In this document: piece by piece, positions 45,998-56,499 of the stretch | Position numbering within the stretch: the first letter of the stretch is position 1 | Layout of the letters: each line of letters opens with the position of its first letter | IMG/VR virus record: IMGVR_UViG_3300045988_117858 | Location: 16,865 to 80,864 of that record | Source of the DNA: a virus | Strand: one strand, 5' to 3' | DNA length: 64,000 bases | Translations under genes and position numbers: made by a program | Notes under the pieces: model-generated | What the model saw: the letters and a program-made list of their open reading frames with translations, nothing else | Databases searched by the model: none | Told to the model about the DNA's origin: nothing

Positions 45998-46139
45998 GAA
46001 TTTGAGGCAAAATGAAAGGAGTTGAATCACTATCACGGCAGAGAAACAAGGCAAGTTTATTATTTTCCATCTGGATGATGGTAAAACTTGTAAATATGAT
46101 TTATCAAATGGTGATTGCTATGGCAAAAGTGGTAAGAAA

Positions 46140-47174
46140 GTGAAAGCTTTAAATAATATTCTGTCTGGGCATTCGGCTGATGAATTGGATAAATTATTTG
46201 TGTCCGATCCACATTATGCAGAGTTTTTAAAATATGTAAACTGGCGAAAAAATTGTGAAATGGGAAGAACTACATGGGGCTTCATTGATTATAATTTAGG
46301 AACATTGTTTAAATATGCAAGTAAATATTCGGTATGTGAGCAGTTCTTTGCTATAGGATTTACACATAAACAAGTCACAGAAGATTTTAAATATTCAATC
46401 AATGAAGTACCAAAATGGTTAAGAAATTATTGTCTTGGTGTAAAGAATAGACGATTGTTAAGTAATGATTTTGTTGATTTTTATAAGATGTATCCAGATT
46501 ATGTACAAACGATTTTACAGACAGAGTATATGACATTAACTAAAGAATATTTAATAAATTTCTTCGAGGATAATCATAGATATCGTTTTACGAAAATTTT
46601 GGAGGCTTTAAATCAGGATTATGGCTATAATCTTGCAGATGTGTTTGTTTATATAGATAGAATAATTACATTTGAAGCTGCTACCAATGGTATAAATTGG
46701 TTACTCGGAGAATTGCGTGATTATGCCCGTATGATGGACGCAATCAGTCATAAATTTGATAGATATCCAAGACATTTCAAAACAACAATGGATATTGTCA
46801 CAAGAAATTACAAAAGATTGCAAAAAGAATTTTCGGAAGAAGTCTTTAAGAACCGTATTAATAAAGAATACGAATTTACATATAAAGGACTGAGATTTTT
46901 TTATCCAGATTCCACTCAAGACATTAAAGACGAAGCGGTGCAGCAAAATAATTGTGTGGCAAGTTACATAGATCGAGTCATTGATGGCGAATGCCATATT
47001 ATGTTCTTGAGAAGAGTAAAAGAACCAGAAAAATCGTTAGTGACGATTGAAATACAAAATGGACGAATCGTACAAGCGCTGCAAAGATTCAATGATCCTC
47101 TAACTGCCGATCAGCAAGAAGCGGTCGATGCATGGAATGAACATTTTAGCAAGAAAGGTAAGGTGGCAGCATGA
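46140..47174 (+). CDS. PcfJ-like protein (putative)
   Basis: C-terminal NNCVASYIDRVIDGECHIMFLRRVKEPEKSLVTIEIQNGRIVQALQRFN matches the conserved PcfJ C-terminal block as I recall it; GTG start. Confidence 0.45.
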   Translation: MKALNNILSGHSADELDKLFVSDPHYAEFLKYVNWRKNCEMGRTTWGFIDYNLGTLFKYASKYSVCEQFFAIGFTHKQVTEDFKYSINEVPKWLRNYCLGVKNRRLLSNDFVDFYKMYPDYVQTILQTEYMTLTKEYLINFFEDNHRYRFTKILEALNQDYGYNLADVFVYIDRIITFEAATNGINWLLGELRDYARMMDAISHKFDRYPRHFKTTMDIVTRNYKRLQKEFSEEVFKNRINKEYEFTYKGLRFFYPDSTQDIKDEAVQQNNCVASYIDRVIDGECHIMFLRRVKEPEKSLVTIEIQNGRIVQALQRFNDPLTADQQEAVDAWNEHFSKKGKVAA

Positions 47175-47716
47175 TTAATATTAATGAATTAACAACATAT
47201 CATAAGATTAAATTAAAGAAACCAATGGGATGCTTCGATAATCTTGGCGAGGTATGCGAGATTGTTAAGATTGATACAGATGAAAATGTTATCAATTTTA
47301 GATTTGGGGCAAATGGAGCGCATCTTGGTGTGATGTCAGGAGATGAATTAGAGAAATATTTTGATGTTATTGAACCAACTGTTATTCCTGATGATTATGA
47401 GTGGCATCCATATGGGTTTATTGAAGATAATCCAGTTGAGTACATGGCATTGAAAAATGGCGGTATTTTGATGGAGACTACATATAATGGAGAAGATGGA
47501 AGGATTTCTGCCGAATATGTTCACCCTGAAAGTTTTTATCGAAAAGTTAAGAACGGACAGAGAGGTAAATTTTATACAGGTGACTTACAAGTAGCATTTT
47601 TCAAGCTCAAGAAAATGTATTACGACACATTATATGAAGATATGAAAAAAGAAGCAGAATTAGATTTTATAAAAAATAAAGATAAATTGGTATCAGTTGA
47701 AGTCGATGGATGGTAA
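47171..47716 (+). CDS. hypothetical protein (181 aa)
   Basis: Overlapping start. Confidence 0.5.
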   Translation: MININELTTYHKIKLKKPMGCFDNLGEVCEIVKIDTDENVINFRFGANGAHLGVMSGDELEKYFDVIEPTVIPDDYEWHPYGFIEDNPVEYMALKNGGILMETTYNGEDGRISAEYVHPESFYRKVKNGQRGKFYTGDLQVAFFKLKKMYYDTLYEDMKKEAELDFIKNKDKLVSVEVDGW

Positions 47717-47943
47717 GAGTGACTATGAATGATGTAAAATTGATAATCCAATTAGCAAGTATTCTCATAGCATGTGTCGTTTATGTTGGAATATGGTGCT
47801 GGATTTATAACAATAGAGATGAATATTTATATATGTCATATCCAAAAGGGATTCCTGGAAGATTCTTGAGTATGTTCTCTCAAATATGGTGTGTTATACA
47901 TATTGTTGGTGCTATAGGTGTAATTATATGGGCTTGGTGTTAG
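47710..47943 (+). CDS. small membrane protein (77 aa)
   Basis: Two TM helices. Confidence 0.4.
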   Translation: MVRVTMNDVKLIIQLASILIACVVYVGIWCWIYNNRDEYLYMSYPKGIPGRFLSMFSQIWCVIHIVGAIGVIIWAWC

Positions 47944-47959
47944 AAAGAGGTGATGTAAA

Positions 47960-48346
47960 ATGTGCGATTTTAAGGTTGGAGATAAGGTGTATTTTGCTTG
48001 GTATGATGAACCATATACTGTTAAGTCTGGAATCATTACGGAGATTAAATATCTTGGTGATCTAACATATATAATGATACAAGACAGTATGACGCATGGT
48101 TTATATATGGTTCTTTTAGAAGAGATATATCGCACTGAATCAGAAATAAAAGCGGTTCTAAAACGAGAGTTTTATGCCAAGGTAAATGAAGTCAAAAAAG
48201 ATATTCATACCTTAGAAGAGTTACTAAAATTCATGTACAATAATGATCTTACAATTGATGAAGATGATGGATATTGTGTTTGTGAAGAACGTGTTGCGGT
48301 AAGAGAACTGGCGAAAGAAATTTGTGGGATTGAGTTAGGAGAGTAA
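47960..48346 (+). CDS. hypothetical protein (128 aa)
   Basis: AGAGGTGATG RBS. Confidence 0.5.
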   Translation: MCDFKVGDKVYFAWYDEPYTVKSGIITEIKYLGDLTYIMIQDSMTHGLYMVLLEEIYRTESEIKAVLKREFYAKVNEVKKDIHTLEELLKFMYNNDLTIDEDDGYCVCEERVAVRELAKEICGIELGE

Positions 48347-48351
48347 TGTAG

Positions 48352-48993
48352 ATGGAGAAGAAACTTTTGTGCGCATATTGTCGAAAGCTAGTTGATTATG
48401 AACTTGAAACAAGGTTTACAATTGTTCCAATGATAGGTGAAAGAATTTCGTTTGCAGAGACATATGGTATTTGTAAGATTTGTGGAAGGGAAATTTTTAT
48501 TCCAGAGGTACATGATCATAACATAGAAGCTATGGACAGAGTATATCGGATTATAAAAGAGCGAAAGGGGAATTTAGCAATGAATCAAACCTATCAAAAT
48601 TGTGGTATATACTGCAAGGCACAGAATTATGATACTAATAAGTGGATTACTGGGACATACATCGGTAAAGGATGGTTATTATTCCCAAGATGTGAACCAG
48701 CAGACCATAGTGGTATGTATGGGTGTCAAGTAAAAGAAGATACCATTTGTCAATCAACTGGCAGAGAAAATGAATTCGAATATGATGTTGTACAATTGGT
48801 TGATGATGACGAAGACGTATATTTGATTATTTATAATGATGAAGATTTGGCGTGGCAGATGTTATCTGTTTATGGTTCTGATATGATTGATTTAGGAGAA
48901 ATTAAACCAGATCAATATGTGAAACTTGGCAATATCAAAGAAGATGATTATTGGAGAAAGGAATGGGAAAGACAGAGTGAAAAAAGAAAATAA
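48352..48993 (+). CDS. zinc-ribbon hypothetical protein (213 aa)
   Basis: CAYCRK...CKICGRE. Confidence 0.55.
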   Translation: MEKKLLCAYCRKLVDYELETRFTIVPMIGERISFAETYGICKICGREIFIPEVHDHNIEAMDRVYRIIKERKGNLAMNQTYQNCGIYCKAQNYDTNKWITGTYIGKGWLLFPRCEPADHSGMYGCQVKEDTICQSTGRENEFEYDVVQLVDDDEDVYLIIYNDEDLAWQMLSVYGSDMIDLGEIKPDQYVKLGNIKEDDYWRKEWERQSEKRK

Positions 48994-49435
48994 TAAAGTA
49001 TTTACATACGGGCAGTTAGAAGAATTAAGAAATAGTTTAGCACTTTCAATAGGCGAGGTTGAATCATCAAATAAGCAAGATCATATACTTCGAAAATATT
49101 ATAATATATGTAGTTTACTTGATACGTTTCAACTGACGAAACCGCTAGTTGATGAACTAAAACGTCATCCGATTGCAGCGAGATATTTTGTTTTGTCGTT
49201 ATGGAACGAATTGGTGGATTCGTGTCTTAATGCGTGCGATACATTGACTGTGAATGATATAGAGAATCGAGATTCCGAAAAGCTACTATCTACTAAAACC
49301 AATGCGGCACAGTACATCCATGTATTAAATGATATGATTTCCATAAATGATTATACAACAATTCAAGATGAGGCGTTGCAGTTTGCAATTGATACAATTA
49401 AGGAGAAATATAATGGAGAAAGAAAAGAAAAGTAA
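48944..49435 (+). CDS. hypothetical protein (start uncertain: ATG 48944 or GTG 48977)
   Basis: ORF overlaps end of the upstream gene in another frame. Confidence 0.35.
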   Translation: MIIGERNGKDRVKKENNKVFTYGQLEELRNSLALSIGEVESSNKQDHILRKYYNICSLLDTFQLTKPLVDELKRHPIAARYFVLSLWNELVDSCLNACDTLTVNDIENRDSEKLLSTKTNAAQYIHVLNDMISINDYTTIQDEALQFAIDTIKEKYNGERKEK

Positions 49436-49646
49436 ATTACATACGCCAAAAGAAATTTTAAATGCACTGCATGTGATTCAGGATACGTGCGAATACCATC
49501 TTGATGGAGCAGACGAAGATTGTAAAGCCTGTCCTTTATGCACGATGATGGGCGAAGCCCCGACTTGTACCCCTAGAGACCTTGACCCTTGTAATTGGGA
49601 AATTGATGATGATCCAGATACTATATGGCGAGCATTCAAGAAGTAG
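49413..49646 (+). CDS. small Cys-containing protein, paralog 1 (77 aa)
   Basis: AAGGAGAAATATAATG; shares ILNALHVIQDTC/IYDALSVVQNIC and Cys spacing with the next gene. Confidence 0.4.
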   Translation: MEKEKKSKLHTPKEILNALHVIQDTCEYHLDGADEDCKACPLCTMMGEAPTCTPRDLDPCNWEIDDDPDTIWRAFKK

Positions 49647-49657
49647 GAGGTGATATT

Positions 49658-49900
49658 GTGAGCGAGAAAAATTATAAAGAGTATACACCTGATGAGATAT
49701 ATGATGCTTTAAGCGTAGTTCAAAATATCTGTAAGGCAAACAGAGTTCATGATATGGGAAGTAGAAGTGTCGATTATGAGAATTGCTTAAATTGTGATTT
49801 TTATAATGTAGTTAGAGGTTGCAGGGTAAGAGTTTCATTACCGAAATATTGGAAGCTAAATGCTCCACCCAGAGAATGGGAACCATTTGTTCATGATTAA
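49658..49900 (+). CDS. small Cys-containing protein, paralog 2 (80 aa)
   Basis: AGGAGGTG RBS, GTG start. Confidence 0.4.
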   Translation: MSEKNYKEYTPDEIYDALSVVQNICKANRVHDMGSRSVDYENCLNCDFYNVVRGCRVRVSLPKYWKLNAPPREWEPFVHD

Positions 49901-49929
49901 CACATAAACACAAGTAAATAAAGGAGAAA

Positions 49930-50472
49930 ATGTCGTTGAAATTAAATGACGAACAGAGAAAATTGGTAGAACAAAATCATAATTTGATTTACTCTGCTAT
50001 GACAAAATGCGGTATCCGCAGACAAAATTTTGATGACTATTATGGATTCGCTGCTATTGGGTTGTGTAAGGCAGCAATTGATTATGATGAAACACGGTCT
50101 AAATCATTTTCGACATATGCGTATTTATGTATACAAAATGAAATAACGGTATATAACAAATACAGATTTCGGCAGAGAAGAAAGGGCGATATGAATACTA
50201 TTTCATATAATCATATGTTAGATGATTGGGATGAAGACAAAAATGAAAATTCATTTCTTTTAAAGGATGAAGAAAATTTTGAAAAAAATATTATTTTCAA
50301 GTTGAATTTTCAAGATAAATGTTACACACTAAATAATAAGGACAGAATGATTGTTGATTTAAAATCAAAAGGTTATACATATCAAGAAATCGCAAAAATG
50401 TTTGGCACATCATTTCAAGCGATACAACAAAAGATTAAAAGAATGCGATCAACAACATTTTCCAGATTATAA
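49930..50472 (+). CDS. sigma-70 family sigma factor (phage-encoded)
   Basis: DDYYGFAAIGLCKAAIDYDETRSKSFSTYAYLCIQNEI (region 2.1-2.4) and C-terminal HTH YTYQEIAKMFGTSFQAIQQKIKR (region 4). Confidence 0.65.
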   Translation: MSLKLNDEQRKLVEQNHNLIYSAMTKCGIRRQNFDDYYGFAAIGLCKAAIDYDETRSKSFSTYAYLCIQNEITVYNKYRFRQRRKGDMNTISYNHMLDDWDEDKNENSFLLKDEENFEKNIIFKLNFQDKCYTLNNKDRMIVDLKSKGYTYQEIAKMFGTSFQAIQQKIKRMRSTTFSRL

Positions 50473-50509
50473 AAGTTGAATAACGCAAACAACTTTTATT
50501 ATTTTTTTT
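50471..50509 (+). terminator. intrinsic terminator AAAAGTTG-N11-CAACTTTT + T-run
   Basis: 8-bp stem followed by ATTATTTTTTTT. Confidence 0.55.
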
Positions 50510-50682
50510 GACGCATTTGTTATAAACGTGCTAGAACGATTATAGCAATATAAGACGATCAGATAAAATTATTTTTTGTTCCTGTTGACTTTGGCAGAGT
50601 TGACAGTGGATATAAATTGATGACTTATTTACAAACTAAAAACTAACTAAACAAATTTAATAACAGAAAGAGGTAAATTCAT

Positions 50683-51795
50683 TTGGCAGAAAACACAAAA
50701 TCTAAAAGACTTTTCAACTTACCAGAAACTAAAGGTACATTTCAGTTAGAAGGATTAATCACTGATTGTGCGAAAGACGACTTTTATAAGGAAGGTAAAA
50801 CGCAGAAAGGCAAAGATAAACGAACATTATCTTTCGGAGTTAAAGTAGAACCTGACGTAAAAGTTGGATGTAAAATTCAGGCATTTGAAAAACCTACAGT
50901 ATGTTTTATCAAACGAGAGAAAGACGGTACATACAAAACTAAAAAAATTCCTTGGGCGGATCGTTTTAAATCGGCTGAAGAATTAGGACTTGGCGAAGGT
51001 TGGGCAATTATTGGTTCAAGAGCAGGTCTTGAAAAAGAGACCAATGATAAAGGACAGGTCGTTAACAAAAAACTGGTATTAGATCCATTTGATTTAACAA
51101 AATATGCTTCAGAACACATGGCAGACAACCAGAGTGTATTCATCAAAGGAGATATTGAATATGGAAGTTTTACTGGGGAAGACGGTACTAAACGTCAGTG
51201 GTCAAGAATGTCTCCAACACAGATTAGTTTAACAAGTAAAGAAATTGATCTTGATGATGAAGAACGTAAAGTAAGATCTGATTTCAAACAGACAATGGTA
51301 TTCACAAATATCGAACAGGAAAAAGAAAATGATGTGCCAACAGGACGTTTTATCGTTTATGGAAAGATTATTGGTTATTCATCTGTTGATGATGCTGAAT
51401 TCTATATGACAAATAAGAAATTAGCAAAAACTTTTAAGAAAAATGTGAAGCCATATTCATCTATTGAAGTTTGGGGACATATTAAGACAGAAATTCAGAC
51501 AGAAGAAGTTGAAGTAGAAGATGATGGATGGGGAGAAGCAGATCCTACAAAGAGAGTCGTAAATTCTGCAAGAAAAGAACTTATTATCACTGGCGCAAGC
51601 AAAGACAGTATTGATTCAGAAACATACACCAGAGAAGCAATTGATGCAGCGATTGAAGCTATTAAAAAGGCAGAAGCAGCAAGAAGTGATTTCGGTGAGT
51701 CTGATGATAAACAGACAAGTAGTTCTTTTACAGATGATGAATGGGGATCTGGTTTTGATGATTCTTCAGATGATACTGAAGGCGATGTTTGGTAA
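50683..51795 (+). CDS. putative single-stranded DNA-binding protein (acidic C-terminal tail)
   Basis: First gene of the replication module; C-terminus DDEWGSGFDDSSDDTEGDVW is SSB-tail-like; TTG start; no family recognised. Confidence 0.35.
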   Translation: MAENTKSKRLFNLPETKGTFQLEGLITDCAKDDFYKEGKTQKGKDKRTLSFGVKVEPDVKVGCKIQAFEKPTVCFIKREKDGTYKTKKIPWADRFKSAEELGLGEGWAIIGSRAGLEKETNDKGQVVNKKLVLDPFDLTKYASEHMADNQSVFIKGDIEYGSFTGEDGTKRQWSRMSPTQISLTSKEIDLDDEERKVRSDFKQTMVFTNIEQEKENDVPTGRFIVYGKIIGYSSVDDAEFYMTNKKLAKTFKKNVKPYSSIEVWGHIKTEIQTEEVEVEDDGWGEADPTKRVVNSARKELIITGASKDSIDSETYTREAIDAAIEAIKKAEAARSDFGESDDKQTSSSFTDDEWGSGFDDSSDDTEGDVW

Positions 51796-51860
51796 GAGCA
51801 ATTCTAAATCATTTCACAAATAAATAACAAAAACAATATATACATAAAGGAGTTTTACAT

Positions 51861-53075
51861 TTGGCAAAAGCAAGAAAAGCAGCAAAAACACAGAGTAAAT
51901 TGATGACTATTATTTATGGAGAACCTTTTACTGGTAAAAGTACACTGGCAATGCAGTTAGCGTATTTTAAACGCCCAGATGGGAAACCTTTCAGAGTCTT
52001 ATATTTAGATTCTGAATCAGGAAGTATTGATGATTATTTACCAGAATTAGAGGAAAATGGTGTAAATCTCGAAAACATTTACATTGTTTACACTCAGAGC
52101 TTAGGAGAAGTAAGACATTATATTGATACAGTTAAAACAAACGGTGACTTCTACGAGCTTGATGACGATGGAGAAGAAACTGATGATGTAGTTTTAGATG
52201 CAGATGGTCTTCCATTTAGAGCTGATGCAATTGTTGTAGATGGATCAACAATCTTAAATCTGACTACAAAACAGGGATTGATTGAGTTCTCTAAGAAAAG
52301 AAATCGTGTAAAAGCGGATGCTGCAAATATGACAGGTGAAGCCAGACTTGTCAAAATTGAAGGTGCAGGTATGGAATTAAAAGATTACCAGACTGTAAAC
52401 TTCAAAGGTCAGGATTTAATTCTTGATTTATTAGCTTCTGGAGCACATTGTGTTGTAACAGCAAGAGAAAAAGATGAAACAGAATCTAAGATGATTGATG
52501 GTAAAAGAGAAACTGTTACAACAGGTCGTAAAATTATTGACGGATTTAAAGGTATGGATTATAACGCCAAAACAGTAATTCGTACATTCGTTGATAGTGA
52601 AACTGATATGGTTTGTGCTCAGATATTGAAAGATAGAACACATACATATAAAAAGAACGAGATTGTAGAAGATCCACAGATGTTAGCTTGGCAGAAAGTT
52701 ATTGATAATTCTGTTGGGAACAAAGAGTTTACACTTGGTAATGCTCTTACAAAAGCAGTAGATGTTGAACAGAAAATCTATAAGAGAGAAATTCTTGGAG
52801 AGGCAGGTAAGCCAGTTTCCGAAGAGGAAGCAGAAAAAGAAGAATCTGGTATGTTATCCAGTGGCTCATCTAGCAAAAAAGATTCTGTTCAGGATGTAAA
52901 AAAACGAATTTCTGACAGAATCAAAAAATTAGCCCCTCCAAAAAGACAGGAAATGAAAGATAAGCTCGCCAAAGAAGGATTACCTACCGCCTTTAGTCGT
53001 CTTAATGATCTTGATCAGTTAAAGAAGATTGAAGAAATCTTAGTGAAAAAAATCAAAGAAGATCAGGAAGGATAA
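51861..53075 (+). CDS. RecA/RadA-superfamily ATPase (Sak4/AAA_24-like recombination/replication protein)
   Basis: Walker A YGEPFTGKSTLA; RadA-like VLYLDSESG; Walker-B-like AIVVDGS; TTG start. Confidence 0.6.
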   Translation: MAKARKAAKTQSKLMTIIYGEPFTGKSTLAMQLAYFKRPDGKPFRVLYLDSESGSIDDYLPELEENGVNLENIYIVYTQSLGEVRHYIDTVKTNGDFYELDDDGEETDDVVLDADGLPFRADAIVVDGSTILNLTTKQGLIEFSKKRNRVKADAANMTGEARLVKIEGAGMELKDYQTVNFKGQDLILDLLASGAHCVVTAREKDETESKMIDGKRETVTTGRKIIDGFKGMDYNAKTVIRTFVDSETDMVCAQILKDRTHTYKKNEIVEDPQMLAWQKVIDNSVGNKEFTLGNALTKAVDVEQKIYKREILGEAGKPVSEEEAEKEESGMLSSGSSSKKDSVQDVKKRISDRIKKLAPPKRQEMKDKLAKEGLPTAFSRLNDLDQLKKIEEILVKKIKEDQEG

Positions 53076-53154
53076 GGTGAAATTACAAAAGGGTTTATAC
53101 GGTAGCCATTTTGGCTACCTAATCCTTTGATATTGGACGAGGAGTAACTGTAGT

Positions 53155-53850
53155 ATGGCAGATGTTTTAACAGTAAAATGTGCTTATTGTAAAGAAGTAA
53201 TTGAACTTGATTTAGATAAAATACAAGAGATTGTTAAATATGACAATAGTTATTATCACAAAGAATGTTTCCGAAAAATGTGTGAAGCAAAATTATTATC
53301 CAAAAATACTAAACATGATAAATGGTTATCTGCATTATCTAAGATTGACGAATATAATCAGAAAGCACGAGTGTTACTTGAACCAAGATTGTTAGAAGAC
53401 AAAGTATATCGGTTTATTCTTGATAATTATAACTACATTGGTTCTGTACCAGCATATGTTTTTACAAAATTGAAAAGTATTTATAAAGGTACATATCGTG
53501 GTCTGGCGAAACCAATTCCACCAAGTGATCTTTTAGATATGTGGAAGCGTCAAATGAAATATCTTAAGAAAAATCGAACATTTTTGATACAAAAAGGAAC
53601 GATGGATGAAGATAATCCAACACACCAGGTTAATTATGATTTAGCAGTTTTAGTAGGAAAGTATGATAGTTATTTACGATGGAAAGAGAAACAGAAATTA
53701 AATGAAGTAGACAAAAAGAATAATGAAAAATTTGCAAAATCTTTTGTTGAAACAAATAATATCACAACTCAGAAAACTGTAGTAACAGCCACACAAGACG
53801 ATAACATGGACGACATTTTAAGTGATATTTTTGGTGAGGGACTTGATTGA
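53155..53850 (+). CDS. hypothetical zinc-finger protein (possible helicase loader; 231 aa)
   Basis: CAYCKEV...YYHKECFRKMCE; immediately precedes the DnaB-like gene. Confidence 0.5.
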   Translation: MADVLTVKCAYCKEVIELDLDKIQEIVKYDNSYYHKECFRKMCEAKLLSKNTKHDKWLSALSKIDEYNQKARVLLEPRLLEDKVYRFILDNYNYIGSVPAYVFTKLKSIYKGTYRGLAKPIPPSDLLDMWKRQMKYLKKNRTFLIQKGTMDEDNPTHQVNYDLAVLVGKYDSYLRWKEKQKLNEVDKKNNEKFAKSFVETNNITTQKTVVTATQDDNMDDILSDIFGEGLD

Positions 53851-55400
53851 CAGAAGAAGCAGTAGAACGTAAAAGTGTAACTAACATTCAGAGTGAAATG
53901 ATGTTTATCGGTGCTTTGTATAAACAGCCAGATTTATATGTTTCTTATGGTGGATATATGAGAAGTCAGTATGATTTCAGTGACGAGGCATGTAAATTTT
54001 TCTATGATATGTTTGAGATTATGTATAAAACATTTACTCAGACGATTGAGGAGGATAAGGTAAATATGTTCATGAGTCAATCAGATGAAAGACTTAGGAC
54101 ATACAAAAGATACAAAGGGTGGAAGACGATTTCATCATGGATGCAGGTTGCAGATTGTGATGATTTTAAAAAATATTATAATCTCGTTAAGAAATATTCT
54201 CTTGTAAGAGAGTATGACAGAAATGGATATCCTGTTCAACGAATTTTAAACCATAGGTTATTTGAAAAATGGGAAGCAAAAGATATTTATAGAGTGATTC
54301 GATCTCAGGCAGACAAAATTAACACTGTTATTAGCGCAGGCGAAGATTCTGTCTTATTGAATAGTGGTGTTGAATCACAGGTTGAATCATTTTTATTAAA
54401 ACCAGATTTGGGGATTCCGTTACCTTGGGCGATTCTCAATAAGATGTTCAGAGGATGTCGCCTTGGAAAAGTAATTTTTAATGGATTCTTAAGTAATGAA
54501 GGAAAATCAAGAAATATGATGTTGTTGATTGCATATATCGTATTGGTAATGGACGAGAAATTTTTATTGCTCAGTAATGAGATGGATGAAAACGATTTAC
54601 GAAATTGCTTAGTCGTTACAGTGATCAACAACAAATGCTTCAAAGAGCTTCATGGTATTGATATTGAAAAACCAGAAGAAGAAATAGTTCGTGGTATTTA
54701 CAGAGATAACAATGGCAATGTGATTGAAAGAAAAACAAATGAAAATGGAGACTTTATTGAAACAGAAGATGAGTACAAACATAGAGTGGCTACTACGTCA
54801 GATGAGTTTCAGAAAGTTATGCAAGTTGCAAAATGGGTTGATCAGAAACGTCAAGGGAAATTATATTTCAAAGATGTTGGCTCTGACTACTCAGATTCGG
54901 CATTAGAGTTTGAATTTAGAAAACATCGTATGTTATATGATGTGAAATATTGTGGTTATGACACGTTAAAAGGTTATCGTATTGATGATTGGCAAACGGT
55001 GAAACAGACAGCCACAAAAATTAAAGAGCTTATGAAAGAAATCCATATGTTTTGTTTCTCTGTATTCCAGTTAACTGATGATACAGTGTATACAGATATA
55101 TTCCAGTTAAGTAGTAATAATATTGCCAATGCAAAACAGATTAAGCACGTTGCTGACATCTTAATGCTTGGTAAAAGATTACATCCTGACGAATATTACA
55201 AATATCAGTATATATCAATTAGTGATTGGGGAGAGCCACAGGCGCACGATCTAAAAAAGGACAAGACATATTTCTGTATTAAGGTTGATAAAAACCGAGG
55301 CGGTAACAAGAATGTTATTCCAATTTTTGAAATCAATTTGGATTTAAATACTTGGGACGAAATAGGATATGTCATAAAACGAGAGAAAAACGGAGCGTAG
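53847..55400 (+). CDS. DnaB-like replicative DNA helicase
   Basis: N-domain IQSEMMFIGALYKQPDLY...ACKFFYDMF (DnaB N-terminal pattern); P-loop-like GFLSNEGKS; TTG start with GGTGAGGGA RBS. Confidence 0.65.
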   Translation: MTEEAVERKSVTNIQSEMMFIGALYKQPDLYVSYGGYMRSQYDFSDEACKFFYDMFEIMYKTFTQTIEEDKVNMFMSQSDERLRTYKRYKGWKTISSWMQVADCDDFKKYYNLVKKYSLVREYDRNGYPVQRILNHRLFEKWEAKDIYRVIRSQADKINTVISAGEDSVLLNSGVESQVESFLLKPDLGIPLPWAILNKMFRGCRLGKVIFNGFLSNEGKSRNMMLLIAYIVLVMDEKFLLLSNEMDENDLRNCLVVTVINNKCFKELHGIDIEKPEEEIVRGIYRDNNGNVIERKTNENGDFIETEDEYKHRVATTSDEFQKVMQVAKWVDQKRQGKLYFKDVGSDYSDSALEFEFRKHRMLYDVKYCGYDTLKGYRIDDWQTVKQTATKIKELMKEIHMFCFSVFQLTDDTVYTDIFQLSSNNIANAKQIKHVADILMLGKRLHPDEYYKYQYISISDWGEPQAHDLKKDKTYFCIKVDKNRGGNKNVIPIFEINLDLNTWDEIGYVIKREKNGA

Positions 55401-55403
55401 GTT

Positions 55404-56432
55404 ATGGACGTAGCACAGCTAAAAGAATATATATACGACAACAATTATGTAGAAAATATTCTGAAAGATATAGGCTGTCATCATATTAAATATCATTCGT
55501 CTGGATATTGGAGCTGTGCAAATAAAGATGGGGATAATGGATCCGCAGTTATTACATATAACAACGAAAACCTAAATTGCACAAATTATACAAGAAAAAT
55601 GACAGCAAAAGAAAGACAGACAGATTTAATTGACTTGGTATGCTTTACAAAAAGTCTGTCTTTCCCAGACGGTTTAAAATATCTAGCCAATTTGATCGGC
55701 ATAGATTATTATCATGATTTTAATGAGCAACTGCCAGAAAGTTTGCAGATCACTCAATTGATTCATGATATGAAAGAAAATATAGAAACCGAAGAAGATA
55801 AACCAGTCAAACCAATTTCAAAACGAATTCTTTCTTATTATAAGGATTATGTAAACGATTTATTTTACGATGACCATATTAGTTATTTAACGCAGAAGGA
55901 ATTTAATATTGGCTATGACGAAGATACAAACAGAATTACAATACCTATTTTTTCTGAAATTGGTGATTTGGTAGGTGTTAAAGGACGATTGTTCAAGAAA
56001 AAGTTAGATAAACATGATTTGAAATATTTATATATTGAGCCATGCGCTAGACAAAGAATCTTATACGGATTGAATAAAACTCTACCTTATATAGAAAGGG
56101 TTGGAAGAGTATATGTTGCAGAAGCAGAAAAAGCTGTCATGCAGCTATGGTCATATGGATATCAAAATGTTGTGGCAACTGGCGGCAAGCAAGTTTCAAG
56201 ACAGCAAATTGACATGTTAACAAGACTCGGAGTTGAAGTAGTATTTATTTTTGACAAAGATGTTGAGTTAGAAGAGATTCAAAAGCTTGGTGATCGTTTT
56301 ATTGATGGAGTTCCGATTTCATACATTATGGATAACTCAGAAGAAGGAATCCTTGATGAAAAAGAATCACCTACTGATGATCCTAAAAAATGGGAACTAT
56401 TGTTAAATAACTATTTGTATACACTTAAATAA
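55404..56432 (+). CDS. DnaG-like DNA primase (zinc-binding + TOPRIM)
   Basis: CHHIKYHSSGYWSCANKDGDNGSAV zinc motif; TOPRIM VYVAEAEKAVM ... VVFIFDKD. Confidence 0.75.
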   Translation: MDVAQLKEYIYDNNYVENILKDIGCHHIKYHSSGYWSCANKDGDNGSAVITYNNENLNCTNYTRKMTAKERQTDLIDLVCFTKSLSFPDGLKYLANLIGIDYYHDFNEQLPESLQITQLIHDMKENIETEEDKPVKPISKRILSYYKDYVNDLFYDDHISYLTQKEFNIGYDEDTNRITIPIFSEIGDLVGVKGRLFKKKLDKHDLKYLYIEPCARQRILYGLNKTLPYIERVGRVYVAEAEKAVMQLWSYGYQNVVATGGKQVSRQQIDMLTRLGVEVVFIFDKDVELEEIQKLGDRFIDGVPISYIMDNSEEGILDEKESPTDDPKKWELLLNNYLYTLK

Positions 56433-56499
56433 GAACAGGCAGGTTATACATATAAAATACAAATTATATGAAGGTGGCACAAATGATACCTCTAATGTT

